Assembly: GCA_038231275.1 (NCBI GenBank)
Contig: JBBRLQ010000001.1
Coordinates: forward strand, 384,001-448,000
Source: Polyangiales bacterium
Lineage (GTDB): Bacteria; Myxococcota_A; Polyangia; Polyangiales; Polyangiaceae
Length of the DNA: 64,000 nt
Direction of reading: 5' to 3'
Position 1 is the stretch's first letter. Each line of letters begins with the position of its first letter. The notes beneath the pieces were generated by a model that saw only the letters and a program-made list of their open reading frames with translations, ran no database searches and was not told the origin of the DNA. Positions 48,612-59,838 of this stretch are shown piece after piece. The translations under genes and the position numbers were made by a program.

Positions 48612-49574
48612 ATGACCGCTGCGCCCGCGCTCATCGCGGAGGAGCTCCCCTCACTACAAAGGCTAAGGCAGGCCGTCGAGGGCGCGCTCGAGGGAAAGCA
48701 GGAGGCCGTGGAGCTCGCGCTCGTCGCGTTGCTCGCGAAGGGGCATCTCCTCATCGAAGACGTTCCGGGAGTCGGCAAGACGACCCTCGCCCGCGCGCTC
48801 GCCCGCGCGGTCGGCGGCGATCTGCGGCGCGTTCAGTTCACGAGCGATCTCCTCCCGAGCGACGTGCTCGGCGTGACGGTGTTCGATCAACGCACCGGCG
48901 AGTTCACACTGAAGCAGGGGCCGGTCTTCGCGAACGTGCTCCTCGCCGACGAGATCAACCGTGCGAGCCCGCGTACGCAATCGGCGCTGCTCGAGGCGAT
49001 GAACGAGGGACAGGTCTCCCTCGACGGACAGACCATCCCGCTGCCCGATCCGTTCTTCGTCATCGCGACGCAGAATCCGCAGGATTTCGCGGGGACGTTC
49101 CCGCTGCCCGAGTCGCAGCTCGATCGCTTCATCGTGCGCGTGCGCATCGGCTATCCGCCGCCGCAGGTCGAGATGCGGCTCCTGCTCGACGGACAGACGG
49201 ACACCGCGCGTGACGTTCCGGTCGTCCTCGATCCGCAACGGCTCGTGTCGCTCCAGCGCCAGGTCCACCGCGTGCGCCTCGACGGATCGCTCGGGCACTA
49301 CCTCCACTCGATCATCGCCGCGACGCGCGCCTCGCCGATGCTGTCGCTCGGGGCCTCGCCGCGCGGCGCCATCGCGCTCGGCAACGCCGCCCGCGCGCGC
49401 GCGCTCCTTCGCGATCGCGACTACTGCATCGCCGACGACATCCACGACCTCGCCGTTCCGGTCCTCGCGCACCGCGTCCGCCTCGCCACGCACGCCGATG
49501 GGTTCATGCCCACGCGTGACGAGGCCGAGGCCGCGCTGCGGGAGATCGTGGGGCGAGTTCAAGTTCCGATTTAG
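48612..49574 (+). CDS. MoxR-family AAA+ ATPase
   Basis: GHLLIEDVPGVGKT, RVQFTSDLLPSD, LADEINRASPRTQSALLEAM, ATQNP, PLPESQLDRF, GASPRG. Confidence 0.95.
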   Translation: MTAAPALIAEELPSLQRLRQAVEGALEGKQEAVELALVALLAKGHLLIEDVPGVGKTTLARALARAVGGDLRRVQFTSDLLPSDVLGVTVFDQRTGEFTLKQGPVFANVLLADEINRASPRTQSALLEAMNEGQVSLDGQTIPLPDPFFVIATQNPQDFAGTFPLPESQLDRFIVRVRIGYPPPQVEMRLLLDGQTDTARDVPVVLDPQRLVSLQRQVHRVRLDGSLGHYLHSIIAATRASPMLSLGASPRGAIALGNAARARALLRDRDYCIADDIHDLAVPVLAHRVRLATHADGFMPTRDEAEAALREIVGRVQVPI

Positions 49575-49579
49575 TCGCG

Positions 49580-50740
49580 ATGGTCGCGCCGGCCGACGCC
49601 TCGAGCCCCAAGAGCGGCCCCCGACCCGCGCCGGCCGACGGTGCGAAGGCCGACGGCGGGGTCCTTTCGCGTTCCCTCGCGCGGTGGCGGAGGTGGCGCC
49701 TCGCGATGCGCCCGCCGCGCAAGCTCAAGTTCACGCGCGAGGGGAAGTTCTTCGTCGGCATCACGCTGGGCGTCGGCTTCGCCGCGATCAACACCGGCAA
49801 CAACCTCCTCTACCTGCTCCTCGGGATGCTCCTCGCGCTCATCATCGTGAGCGGTCTCATGAGCGAGCTGTCGCTCCGCGATCTCACGGTGGTCAGACGT
49901 TTGCCGCTCCGCGCGCAGGTCGGGCGTCCGCACCTCGTCGAGATCGAGGTCTTCAATCACAAGGGCAAGGTCCCCTCGTACGCGATCGAGGTCGAGGATC
50001 TCCGCGCCGGGCAGCCCGCGGACAAGCGCTGCTTTTTCCTGAAAATCAGCCCAAAATCGGCGCAGGTCGCGGCCTACCGCCGGACTCCTACCAAGCGCGG
50101 TCGCGACGTCCACGTCGGCTTCCGCATCGCCACGCGTTTTCCCTTCGGGCTCTTCGAAAAATCGCGCGAGGTCCCCGCCGACGGCGAGCTCATCATCTAT
50201 CCCGCCGTCGATTCCGTGCAGCTCCCGCCGTCGGTGCCGGGGCGCCTCGGCGGCGGCGACGGCGCGATGGGGCGCGGGCACGGCGAGGACTACCTCGGCC
50301 TCAAGCTGATGCGCGAGGGCGAGGATCCGCGCGACGTCCACTGGCGCAAGAGCGCCGCCGTCGGCCAGATGGTCATGCGCGAGCGCGCGCGGGAGGCGAG
50401 GCCCGACATCTCGTTGCCGCTCGACATCGTCCGGCCCGACGCGGCCGGCGACGAGTGGGAGAACGCGTTCGAGCGCCGCATTCGTGACGTCGCGTCGCGC
50501 GCCGTCGCGCATCTCAAGCGAGGTGATTCGGTGGCGGTGCGCACGAACGCAGGCGGCGCCGCACGGGCCGATCGCGCTGCGGGCGCCGATCCCGTTCTCC
50601 GCTACCTCGCCCTCCTCGAGCCCATCCTCGCGTCCACGATCTCGCCGCCCGCACGAAAGTCCGTGGCGCCCGTCAAACCGCGTGCGCCCGAGCCCGTTGT
50701 GAAGGTCGCGAAAGAGCACGTAAAGGGGGCGAGCGCGTGA
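49580..50740 (+). CDS. DUF58 domain-containing membrane protein
   Basis: AAINTGNNLLYLL, TRFPFGLF.K, IIYP, GEDPRDVHWRKSA; follows the MoxR gene. Confidence 0.88.
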   Translation: MVAPADASSPKSGPRPAPADGAKADGGVLSRSLARWRRWRLAMRPPRKLKFTREGKFFVGITLGVGFAAINTGNNLLYLLLGMLLALIIVSGLMSELSLRDLTVVRRLPLRAQVGRPHLVEIEVFNHKGKVPSYAIEVEDLRAGQPADKRCFFLKISPKSAQVAAYRRTPTKRGRDVHVGFRIATRFPFGLFEKSREVPADGELIIYPAVDSVQLPPSVPGRLGGGDGAMGRGHGEDYLGLKLMREGEDPRDVHWRKSAAVGQMVMRERAREARPDISLPLDIVRPDAAGDEWENAFERRIRDVASRAVAHLKRGDSVAVRTNAGGAARADRAAGADPVLRYLALLEPILASTISPPARKSVAPVKPRAPEPVVKVAKEHVKGASA

Positions 50741-52923
50741 GGTTCGGCCTCGTTCACCGAATCATGACCGACGCGCTCGCCGCGCTCGGCGTCCTCGCCG
50801 TGGTGAACACCGCGTCGATGAGCCCGTGGACGAACGCCTTCGTACTGATCGGCTTGGCGCTGGCGCTGGCGCTCCCGGAGTCGTGGCAGAACAAATCGAT
50901 CCTCCGCCACATCGCGACGATCGGGCCGCTCGCGCTCTTCCTCGTGCAGGGCGCGCGCCTCATCGCCGGCCGCTCTGCGCTGGACGTCGCCGTCGAGTTC
51001 GCCGCACTCCTCCAGATCATCCGCCTCGCGACACGACGCGGCGCCGCGCACGATCAGCAGATCATCGTCCTCGCGCTCCTCCATTTCGTGGCGGGTACCG
51101 TCCTCGGCGGCGGCCTCACCTACGGCATCTGCTTCCTCGGGTTTCTCATCGTCGCGCCTGGCGCGCTCGTCCTCAGCCACCTGCGTCGCGAGGTCGAGGG
51201 AAATTACCGCCAAGGAGCCCGCGATCGCACCGGCCTCCCCGTCGACGTACCGCGCATCCTGCGGAGCCGGCGCGTCGTAGGCCGAGGTTTCCTCGCCGCG
51301 ACGTGCCTCCTCTCGGTGCCGATCTTCCTCTTCACGGCCGCGCTCTTCGTCCTGTTCCCGCGCGTCGGGCTCTCGCTCCTCCTTTTGAACCATCCGCGCC
51401 AGGGACGCATGGTCGGCTTCTCCGACCACGTCGATCTCGGGCAGGTCGGCGTGCTCCGCAGTGATCCGTCGATCGCGCTCCGCTTCGAGGTGTCCGATCT
51501 CCCGGATCCGCCGCCGCCGCTCCTGACGTTGCGTCTTCGAGGAACGGCGTTCGACAAGTACGACGGGAGCGCGTGGGATCGCACGCTGAGCGAGCACCGC
51601 CTCGTCGAGCACGCACCCGAGAGCGGCGAGGCCTTCCCGGTGTTTCGCTACCCGAACCCGGCGATTGATCGGCGCGTTTCAATCGATCTCGAGCCGATCG
51701 ATCCGCCGGTGATTTTTCTGCCGCCGCGTACGGTCGGTCTGCGCGTGAAGCCGCAGAACCAGGCGCTCCTCGGCGAGCCGCTCAGCGTTCGCCGAGGTCC
51801 GGAAGGCGAGCTTCGCTACGCAGGCAGCGACGCGCATGGCCTCCGCTACGACGCGTTCCTCGCCGGCGAGCGCGAGGTGCTGACCGAGCCGATGGCTCCG
51901 AACGAGCGGGACCGTTACCTCGCCGTCCCCGCCGCGCTCCCGCATCGCATCGCCGATCTCGCGCACGAGTGGGCCGACGCGCAGCCGACCAATTTCTTGA
52001 AGGCCAAGGCCCTCGAGGAGCACCTGAAGAAGGACTTCCGCTACGACACCGGCTCGCCCTCGGGCGGCAAGCCGCAGCCGCTCGACCACTTCCTCTTCGA
52101 GTCGAAGCGCGGTCACTGCGAGTTCTTCTCGACCGCGATGGCGATGATGCTCCGCGAGCTCGGCATCCCCTCGCGCAACGTGACCGGCTTCGTCGGCGGC
52201 ACGTACAACCGCTTCAGCCGCTCGTACACGGTGCGTGAAGGCGACGCGCACTCCTGGGTCGAGGCCTACCTCGAGGACATCGGGCGCCCGAGCTGGCAGA
52301 CGTTCGATCCGACGCCGTCTGCGGGCGCGCGGCCCCTCCAGGAGACCGCCGGCGCGCTCGTCTACGTGCGCGATCTCGTCGAGGCGCTGTCGCAGCGCTG
52401 GAACCGCTACGTCATCGGCTACGATCTGCGCACGCAGCTCCGCCTTTTCGAGGATCTCAGCAACCGCTACGAGAAGTTCCGTCACCGTAGCGAGCTCGAC
52501 AAGGGCACGCTCGGCAAGATGACGCGCGCACCCGTACTCGCGGGCGGTCTCTTGGTCGTTGCCGCCGTGGGCTACGTGATTTGGCGACGCCGGCGGCGGA
52601 CGACCGACGAGAAGGAGGACAAGACCCCGCTCGAGAAGCTCGACAAGAAGCTGGAGGCCGCCACCGCGCTCTATCGCGCCCTCGAGCTCGCGCTCGCGAC
52701 GCAGGGGATTTCGCGACCGCAATCGCTTCCGCCGCTGAGGCACGCCGAGGAGCTCCGCGCGCGAAACCATCCGCTTGGCGATGAGATCATCTCGCTGACG
52801 ACCGTGTACCTGGAGGCCCGATTCGGCGGCTCTGCGCTCGACGAATCGAACAAGAAGGATTTCGAGCGGCGCATCCGCGAGATCCGGGTCTTCCGACCGC
52901 CGCCCGAGGCCTCACCGGCCTGA
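50737..52923 (+). CDS. DUF3488 + transglutaminase-like membrane protein (TgpA-like)
   Basis: N-terminal TM bundle, LFPR, GFSD, LRG.AFD.YDG..W; catalytic GHCEFF, DAHSWVE, FDPTP. Confidence 0.9.
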   Translation: MRFGLVHRIMTDALAALGVLAVVNTASMSPWTNAFVLIGLALALALPESWQNKSILRHIATIGPLALFLVQGARLIAGRSALDVAVEFAALLQIIRLATRRGAAHDQQIIVLALLHFVAGTVLGGGLTYGICFLGFLIVAPGALVLSHLRREVEGNYRQGARDRTGLPVDVPRILRSRRVVGRGFLAATCLLSVPIFLFTAALFVLFPRVGLSLLLLNHPRQGRMVGFSDHVDLGQVGVLRSDPSIALRFEVSDLPDPPPPLLTLRLRGTAFDKYDGSAWDRTLSEHRLVEHAPESGEAFPVFRYPNPAIDRRVSIDLEPIDPPVIFLPPRTVGLRVKPQNQALLGEPLSVRRGPEGELRYAGSDAHGLRYDAFLAGEREVLTEPMAPNERDRYLAVPAALPHRIADLAHEWADAQPTNFLKAKALEEHLKKDFRYDTGSPSGGKPQPLDHFLFESKRGHCEFFSTAMAMMLRELGIPSRNVTGFVGGTYNRFSRSYTVREGDAHSWVEAYLEDIGRPSWQTFDPTPSAGARPLQETAGALVYVRDLVEALSQRWNRYVIGYDLRTQLRLFEDLSNRYEKFRHRSELDKGTLGKMTRAPVLAGGLLVVAAVGYVIWRRRRRTTDEKEDKTPLEKLDKKLEAATALYRALELALATQGISRPQSLPPLRHAEELRARNHPLGDEIISLTTVYLEARFGGSALDESNKKDFERRIREIRVFRPPPEASPA

Positions 52924-52924
52924 G

Positions 52925-53431
52925 TCAGGCCGCGATGCGGAGCTTGCGACCGAGGGCGATACGAACCGACGGCGAGCCAGGCGTCTTCTGCGTCTCGCCG
53001 TACACGGAACCGGCCACGGGGCGCGCGCGCCGAGCGTCGAGCTCGAGATCGGCAGTGCCCTCTTCGATCCACGCGATCACCAGCCCTCGCGAGCCATCGT
53101 TCGGGCCAACGTGCGTTCCGGCGACGGCGCGAAGCTCGACGAGGCTCACTTGCACGCCGACCCGAAGCTCCGCGCCCGAGAGCACGCGCTGGGTCGATCC
53201 CACGGGCCGCGACCACTCGACCGACCCGTCGTACGACTGCACGACGAGGCGGTAGGTCGACGCGTCGTTGAGGCCGGCCGTCTCGTCCGCGCGAATGAGC
53301 GCGCGCACCGAGCTGCCATCGACCCCCAGCGTCGTCGACGCGAGGAGCGCCATCCACGACGAGGCCGACGGCGGAGGTGCCGGGACGACCTTAACGGCGT
53401 TGGAAGCAGAAATGCGTCGGCGAGCTGCCAT
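52925..53431 (-). CDS. Hypothetical protein
   Basis: 168-aa ORF filling the gap between the tgpA-like gene and clpB; preceded by a sigma54-like element. Confidence 0.65.
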   Translation of the reverse strand: MAARRRISASNAVKVVPAPPPSASSWMALLASTTLGVDGSSVRALIRADETAGLNDASTYRLVVQSYDGSVEWSRPVGSTQRVLSGAELRVGVQVSLVELRAVAGTHVGPNDGSRGLVIAWIEEGTADLELDARRARPVAGSVYGETQKTPGSPSVRIALGRKLRIAA

Positions 53432-53447
53432 GATGTTCTTCGTCTAC

Positions 53448-53464
53448 TGCGAGCAGCGTGCCAA
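53448..53464 (-). promoter_or_regulatory. Putative sigma54 (-24/-12) promoter
   Basis: Minus strand TTGGCACGCTGCTCGCA (GG-N10-GC) just upstream of the 52925..53431 start. Confidence 0.6.
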
Positions 53465-53568
53465 CGAGTCAACGGCCCCACTCGCGACGCCTTTCGACGA
53501 AATCAGCGCCAAAAGTGCGGCGCTTTTGACTCCGCCAGCGTGCGACTGTGTCGAAATGCTGACGGACC

Positions 53569-53594
53569 CCTGTCGCTCTGACACGTGCGACAGG
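53569..53594. promoter_or_regulatory. Inverted repeat CCTGTCGC-N10-GCGACAGG (possible enhancer-binding site or clpB 3' hairpin)
   Basis: 8-bp perfect arms about 105-130 nt upstream of the sigma54-like element. Confidence 0.35.
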
Positions 53595-53637
53595 TAGGAA
53601 ACTGGCGCCCCGCTTCGAGCGGACCCGCTCCCGTAGC

Positions 53638-56250
<2,613 letters not shown>

Positions 56251-56308
56251 GGTTCAACCCCGGAAAGTAAGTCGGCCGGCGGGGAACGCAAGACACGTGC
56301 CGCGCGCC

Positions 56309-56345
56309 GGAGCGTTTCGCTCCGCGACGCTTCGCTCCACTTCAG
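56309..56345 (-). repeat. REP-like palindromic element, copy 2
   Basis: Minus strand CTGAAGTGGAGCGAAGCGTCGCGGAGCGAAACGCTCC; its TGA is the stop codon of 56342..57280. Confidence 0.8.
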
Positions 56346-57280
56346 TTCGGCTCGCAATCTCCGTCGGCGTTCGACCAGAGCTGCGTAACGTCCCAGCCGT
56401 CGGCGCCGTGCGGAGCGATCTGGTTGCAGAGATCGCCGATCTCGCCGCCGGCGTTGTCCACGTCCTTGGAGCTGAACCACCCCGATCCGGGGAACGGATC
56501 GGTCGCCATCTCGGCGAGCTCGTGGGAGATGGCGAGCGGGCTCCGACCGAGCGGGCACGGCGGGATGATGGCGTACGGCTCGTCGCCGTCGAAGGCGTGG
56601 TAGCCGCCAGCGTCGATGCAGGTCTGGAAGACGTGCTGACCGCGCTGGCCGAGGTTCACGTTCACGCCGATGGGGAGGAAGAAGAGGTATGCGTCGGCGA
56701 GGGCGATGGTCGGAGGAGGAGGAGGACCGGAGTCGGTCTCGGGACCGGAGTCGGCGCCAGAGTCGGAACCGGAGTCGGAACCGGAGTCGGTGCCGGAGTC
56801 GGTGAGGGCACCTCCGTCGGGCACGTCGGGGTGAATCGCGGCGTGGACTGCGAGCTCGAGATCTTCGGCGGTGATGAGGCCGCTCGTCACGACGCCCGCG
56901 GGGAGGACGTTCGCGCGGGCGAGTCGAATGCTCGTGACGCGCGAGGCGCGGTTCACGCCGTACTGCTTCATGATGCCCCAGTAGTCGCTCGTGAGGAGCC
57001 AATCGAGGAAGGTGTCGAAGCTCAGCGCGCCGTCACCGTCCTCGCTGATGTACACCACGGTGAGGCGCATGTTCGAGAGCACCCGATGCTGGTGCGCTTC
57101 GAGGCGCGCCCACGGCGTCCTCGCGTCGGTCGGCGCGACGGCCTCGACCGACGCGTCACGCGGGACGGTGAAGGTGGCGCCGGCGTCGTCATCGGACGAG
57201 GCACGCGACGTTGGACCGCCGCAGGCCACGAAGGGCATCGCGACGAAAGCGAGTGCGGCCGCTGCGGTTCGCGCGAGCAT
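56342..57280 (-). CDS. Lipoprotein resembling the EXORDIUM/phosphate-induced protein 1 (Phi-1) family
   Basis: Lipobox FVAC; YW...KQYG, C...GGYH, YAIIP.C, SHELAEMATDP...GW...GEIGDLC, QLWSN...C. Internal (DSG) repeat at about 56727-56803. Confidence 0.7.
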   Translation of the reverse strand: MLARTAAAALAFVAMPFVACGGPTSRASSDDDAGATFTVPRDASVEAVAPTDARTPWARLEAHQHRVLSNMRLTVVYISEDGDGALSFDTFLDWLLTSDYWGIMKQYGVNRASRVTSIRLARANVLPAGVVTSGLITAEDLELAVHAAIHPDVPDGGALTDSGTDSGSDSGSDSGADSGPETDSGPPPPPTIALADAYLFFLPIGVNVNLGQRGQHVFQTCIDAGGYHAFDGDEPYAIIPPCPLGRSPLAISHELAEMATDPFPGSGWFSSKDVDNAGGEIGDLCNQIAPHGADGWDVTQLWSNADGDCEPN

Positions 57281-57358
57281 CGGGGGAGACGCTAGGGTGC
57301 CGCGAGCGCAGGCGCCTGTCGAGGGGCGTCTCGCGTGAATTTCCGGTATGGGAAGAGC

Positions 57359-58237
57359 GTGCGCATCCACCTCGTCGACGGAACCTACGAGCTCTTTCGT
57401 GCCCACTATTCCAAGCGCCCCGACCACGCGTCGCCGACCGGCCAGCCACTCAAGGCCACCGTCGGCATCGCGTCGTCGCTCATTGCGCTGGCGCACGATC
57501 CCACGGAGGACGTGACCCACATCGGCGTCGCGTTCGACAACCCGATCCGCTCGTTTCGAAACGATCTCTTCGACGGCTACAAGACCGAGGAGGGCGTCGA
57601 GCCCGAGCTGCTCGCCCAGTTCGATCTCGCCGAGGAGACCGCCCGCGCGCTCGGCATGGTCGTTTGGCGGATGGACAAGTGGGAGGCGGACGACGCGCTC
57701 GCGACCGCGGCGGTGCGCTTCTCCGGCGACGTAGACCAGGTTCGCATCTTGACGCCGGACAAAGACCTCGGACAGGTCATCTCCGGCGAGCACGTCGTGC
57801 AGGTCGATCGCGTGCGCCAGAAGATCATCGACGAAGCGCGCCTCCTCGAAACGCGCGGCATCGCGCCGGCCAGCGTCGCCGATTGGCTCGCGCTCGTCGG
57901 GGACACCGCCGATGGGATCCCAGGAGTTCCGGGCTTCGGAGAGAAGACGGCGGCGGCGCTCCTGCGCGTGTACGGCCACCTCGAGGAGATCCCGCGCGAG
58001 GGTGAATGGAAGGCCACCGTGCGCGGCGTGCCGCGTTTGCAGGAGTCGCTCCGCGCGCGGTTCGACGACGCGCTCCTCTACAAGAAGCTCGCGACGCTCG
58101 TGACCGACGTTCCGCTCACCGAGTCGCTCGAGGATCTGCGCTTCCGCGGCGTCCCGCGCGCGCCGTTCGCGGCGTGGTGCACGAAGGTCGGAGCGCGCGA
58201 GGGCTTCGCCGAGCGCATCGCGCGGTGGGCCGACTGA
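57359..58237 (+). CDS. Stand-alone 5'-3' exonuclease / flap endonuclease (Pol I N-terminal-like)
   Basis: HLVDGTYELFRAH, VAFD, FR...F.GYK, EADD.LAT, DKDL.Q, LVGD.ADGIPGVPG.GEKTA. Confidence 0.92.
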   Translation: MRIHLVDGTYELFRAHYSKRPDHASPTGQPLKATVGIASSLIALAHDPTEDVTHIGVAFDNPIRSFRNDLFDGYKTEEGVEPELLAQFDLAEETARALGMVVWRMDKWEADDALATAAVRFSGDVDQVRILTPDKDLGQVISGEHVVQVDRVRQKIIDEARLLETRGIAPASVADWLALVGDTADGIPGVPGFGEKTAAALLRVYGHLEEIPREGEWKATVRGVPRLQESLRARFDDALLYKKLATLVTDVPLTESLEDLRFRGVPRAPFAAWCTKVGAREGFAERIARWAD

Positions 58238-58270
58238 GTGGAGCGAAGCGCAGCGAATCGCTCCTGGGGG
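58234..58270 (+). repeat. REP-like palindromic element, copy 3
   Basis: CTGAGTGGAGCGAAGCGCAGCGAATCGCTCCTGGGGG; its TGA is the stop codon of the exonuclease gene. Confidence 0.82.
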
Positions 58271-58281
58271 ACGCGCGACCG

Positions 58282-59631
58282 TCAGTGCAAGGTGCGCCAG
58301 CGCGCGTCGGTGTCGTCGAGGATTTGATCGTAACGCGCGCGCTCGGTCTCCGTCGTCGCGCTCGGGACCGTCGCCGCCGGATCCATCATCTCGTGCGCGA
58401 ACGGGAGACCTTCCCTCACGCGGTCCATCCGAGCCTGGCTCTCGGCGAGGCGCGCCTTGAACGCCGGCTGGAGATCCGACCACGCCTTGCCGACGTCCTG
58501 CTCGAGCGACGCCCGATCCGCCGACGTGAGCGTCCCGTCGTACACCTTCCGGAAGAACGCGAGCGCATCGTCGAACTTGGCGCCCGGGATCATCAGCAGA
58601 TCCATCCCCGCGAGGAACGATTTTACGTAGAGCCGCACGAGCGCCGTCGTCGACATCGTGCCGTACGGCCCCATCCACATCGCGTCGCTCACGGCGAGGC
58701 CCTGAAATCCGAGACGATCCCGGAGAACGCCGCGGAGCACGGGCTCCGACACGGTGGTGTTCGTGGTCGCGTCGAAGGCCGGGAACTCGGCGTGGCTGCA
58801 CAAGATGCTCATGCGGAACGCGCGGTCCCCGAGGCCGTTCATGTGATCGATGACCGCCTTGAACGGCGCGAGGTGCTTGTCGGCGGTCGGCGCGTCGGTG
58901 ACCGGCGAGACCACGATCTGCTCGTGCGTGTCGCCGCGCGTCTGGCCGAGCCCGGGGAAGTGTTTGGTGACGAAGACGACGCCGTCGACCGACGACGAAC
59001 CGTCCACCACCTGGGTCATCAGCTGGCTGGCGATCGCCTCGTCCTGGTCGGTGCCGCGGTTCGCGAAGAGCGAGAACGCGAGATCGCTGACGGTGCCGAG
59101 CGGATAGTTGATGCCGACCGACCTCATTTCGCGCGCGATGATCTTGCCATGCAAGCGCGCGAGCTCGAGGCCCTCGTCGTGGTTCTTGCGGTACGCGACG
59201 CCCAGCCATCGCGGGTGCGCGAGCGCGGTCATCCCGACCGTGAAGCGCTGGATGCCGGGCACCGACGTGAAGCTCGGCGTCGTGCTGAGCGCGCCGCCCT
59301 CGTAGTCGGTCGAGAAGAGCATCGCGCGGCCATGGGCGCTCTGCGACGCGCGCGAGTAGGTGTCGATCACCTTGCGGAGCTCGGCGCCGCTGGCGTGGCT
59401 CATGTTCCAGAAGACGATGCCGCCGGGCTGGCTGCCTTTGATCTCGGTGAGCACGTGCGGCACGACCTGCGCGACCGAGTGCTCCATCAGGAAGATCTCG
59501 CCGAGCCGACCGCGCACGGGATCCGTGTCGGTCTCGGCCTGATCGGACTCGTCGGCGACGCCGCTCGCATTCGACGAGCACGCCGCCGGGAGGACGGAGA
59601 GAAGAAGGAGGGCGACACCGGCAGCGCGCAT
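58282..59631 (-). CDS. GH3 beta-N-acetylhexosaminidase-like lipoprotein
   Basis: Lipobox PAAC; STDYEGG, KHFPGLG...DTH (NagZ-type motif), LRDRLGFQGL.VSDAM.M, AG.DLL. Confidence 0.85.
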   Translation of the reverse strand: MRAAGVALLLLSVLPAACSSNASGVADESDQAETDTDPVRGRLGEIFLMEHSVAQVVPHVLTEIKGSQPGGIVFWNMSHASGAELRKVIDTYSRASQSAHGRAMLFSTDYEGGALSTTPSFTSVPGIQRFTVGMTALAHPRWLGVAYRKNHDEGLELARLHGKIIAREMRSVGINYPLGTVSDLAFSLFANRGTDQDEAIASQLMTQVVDGSSSVDGVVFVTKHFPGLGQTRGDTHEQIVVSPVTDAPTADKHLAPFKAVIDHMNGLGDRAFRMSILCSHAEFPAFDATTNTTVSEPVLRGVLRDRLGFQGLAVSDAMWMGPYGTMSTTALVRLYVKSFLAGMDLLMIPGAKFDDALAFFRKVYDGTLTSADRASLEQDVGKAWSDLQPAFKARLAESQARMDRVREGLPFAHEMMDPAATVPSATTETERARYDQILDDTDARWRTLH

Positions 59632-59646
59632 GGGATCGCTCGACGG

Positions 59647-59663
59647 TGCAATGTCGGTGCCAG
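59647..59663 (-). promoter_or_regulatory. Putative sigma54 (-24/-12) promoter
   Basis: Minus strand CTGGCACCGACATTGCA, a near-consensus GG-N10-GC element ending 15 nt before the GH3 ATG. Confidence 0.75.
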
Positions 59664-59788
59664 GCACACATTTGCCCACCACACGGTGAGCGACTTGGTT
59701 TTGCTCGGTATTATGGACGTGGAGCGAGGCAGACCCAGGGCTGGCTGCGGCGCGCCGGTGGACGATCGATCCGGCGAACTTGCCGAGC

Positions 59789-59838
59789 GGGCTACCCCAG
59801 CCAGCACCGCCCCGGGCTACCCCAGCCAGCACCGCCCC
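59789..59838. repeat. Perfect 25-bp tandem duplication spanning the C1 peptidase stop codon
   Basis: GGGCTACCCCAGCCAGCACCGCCCC at 59789-59813 and at 59814-59838. Confidence 0.92.

Noticed and set aside
57281-59671. 1109-aa ORF 56342..59671
   Set aside because: Only the last 312 aa look like a real protein; the rest overlaps the exonuclease and GH3 genes in other frames or on the other strand.
59719-59740. GTGGAGCGAGGC as a fourth copy of the REP-like element
   Set aside because: Only the first 9 nt match exactly and the CGCTCC arm is missing; could be chance in GC-rich DNA.
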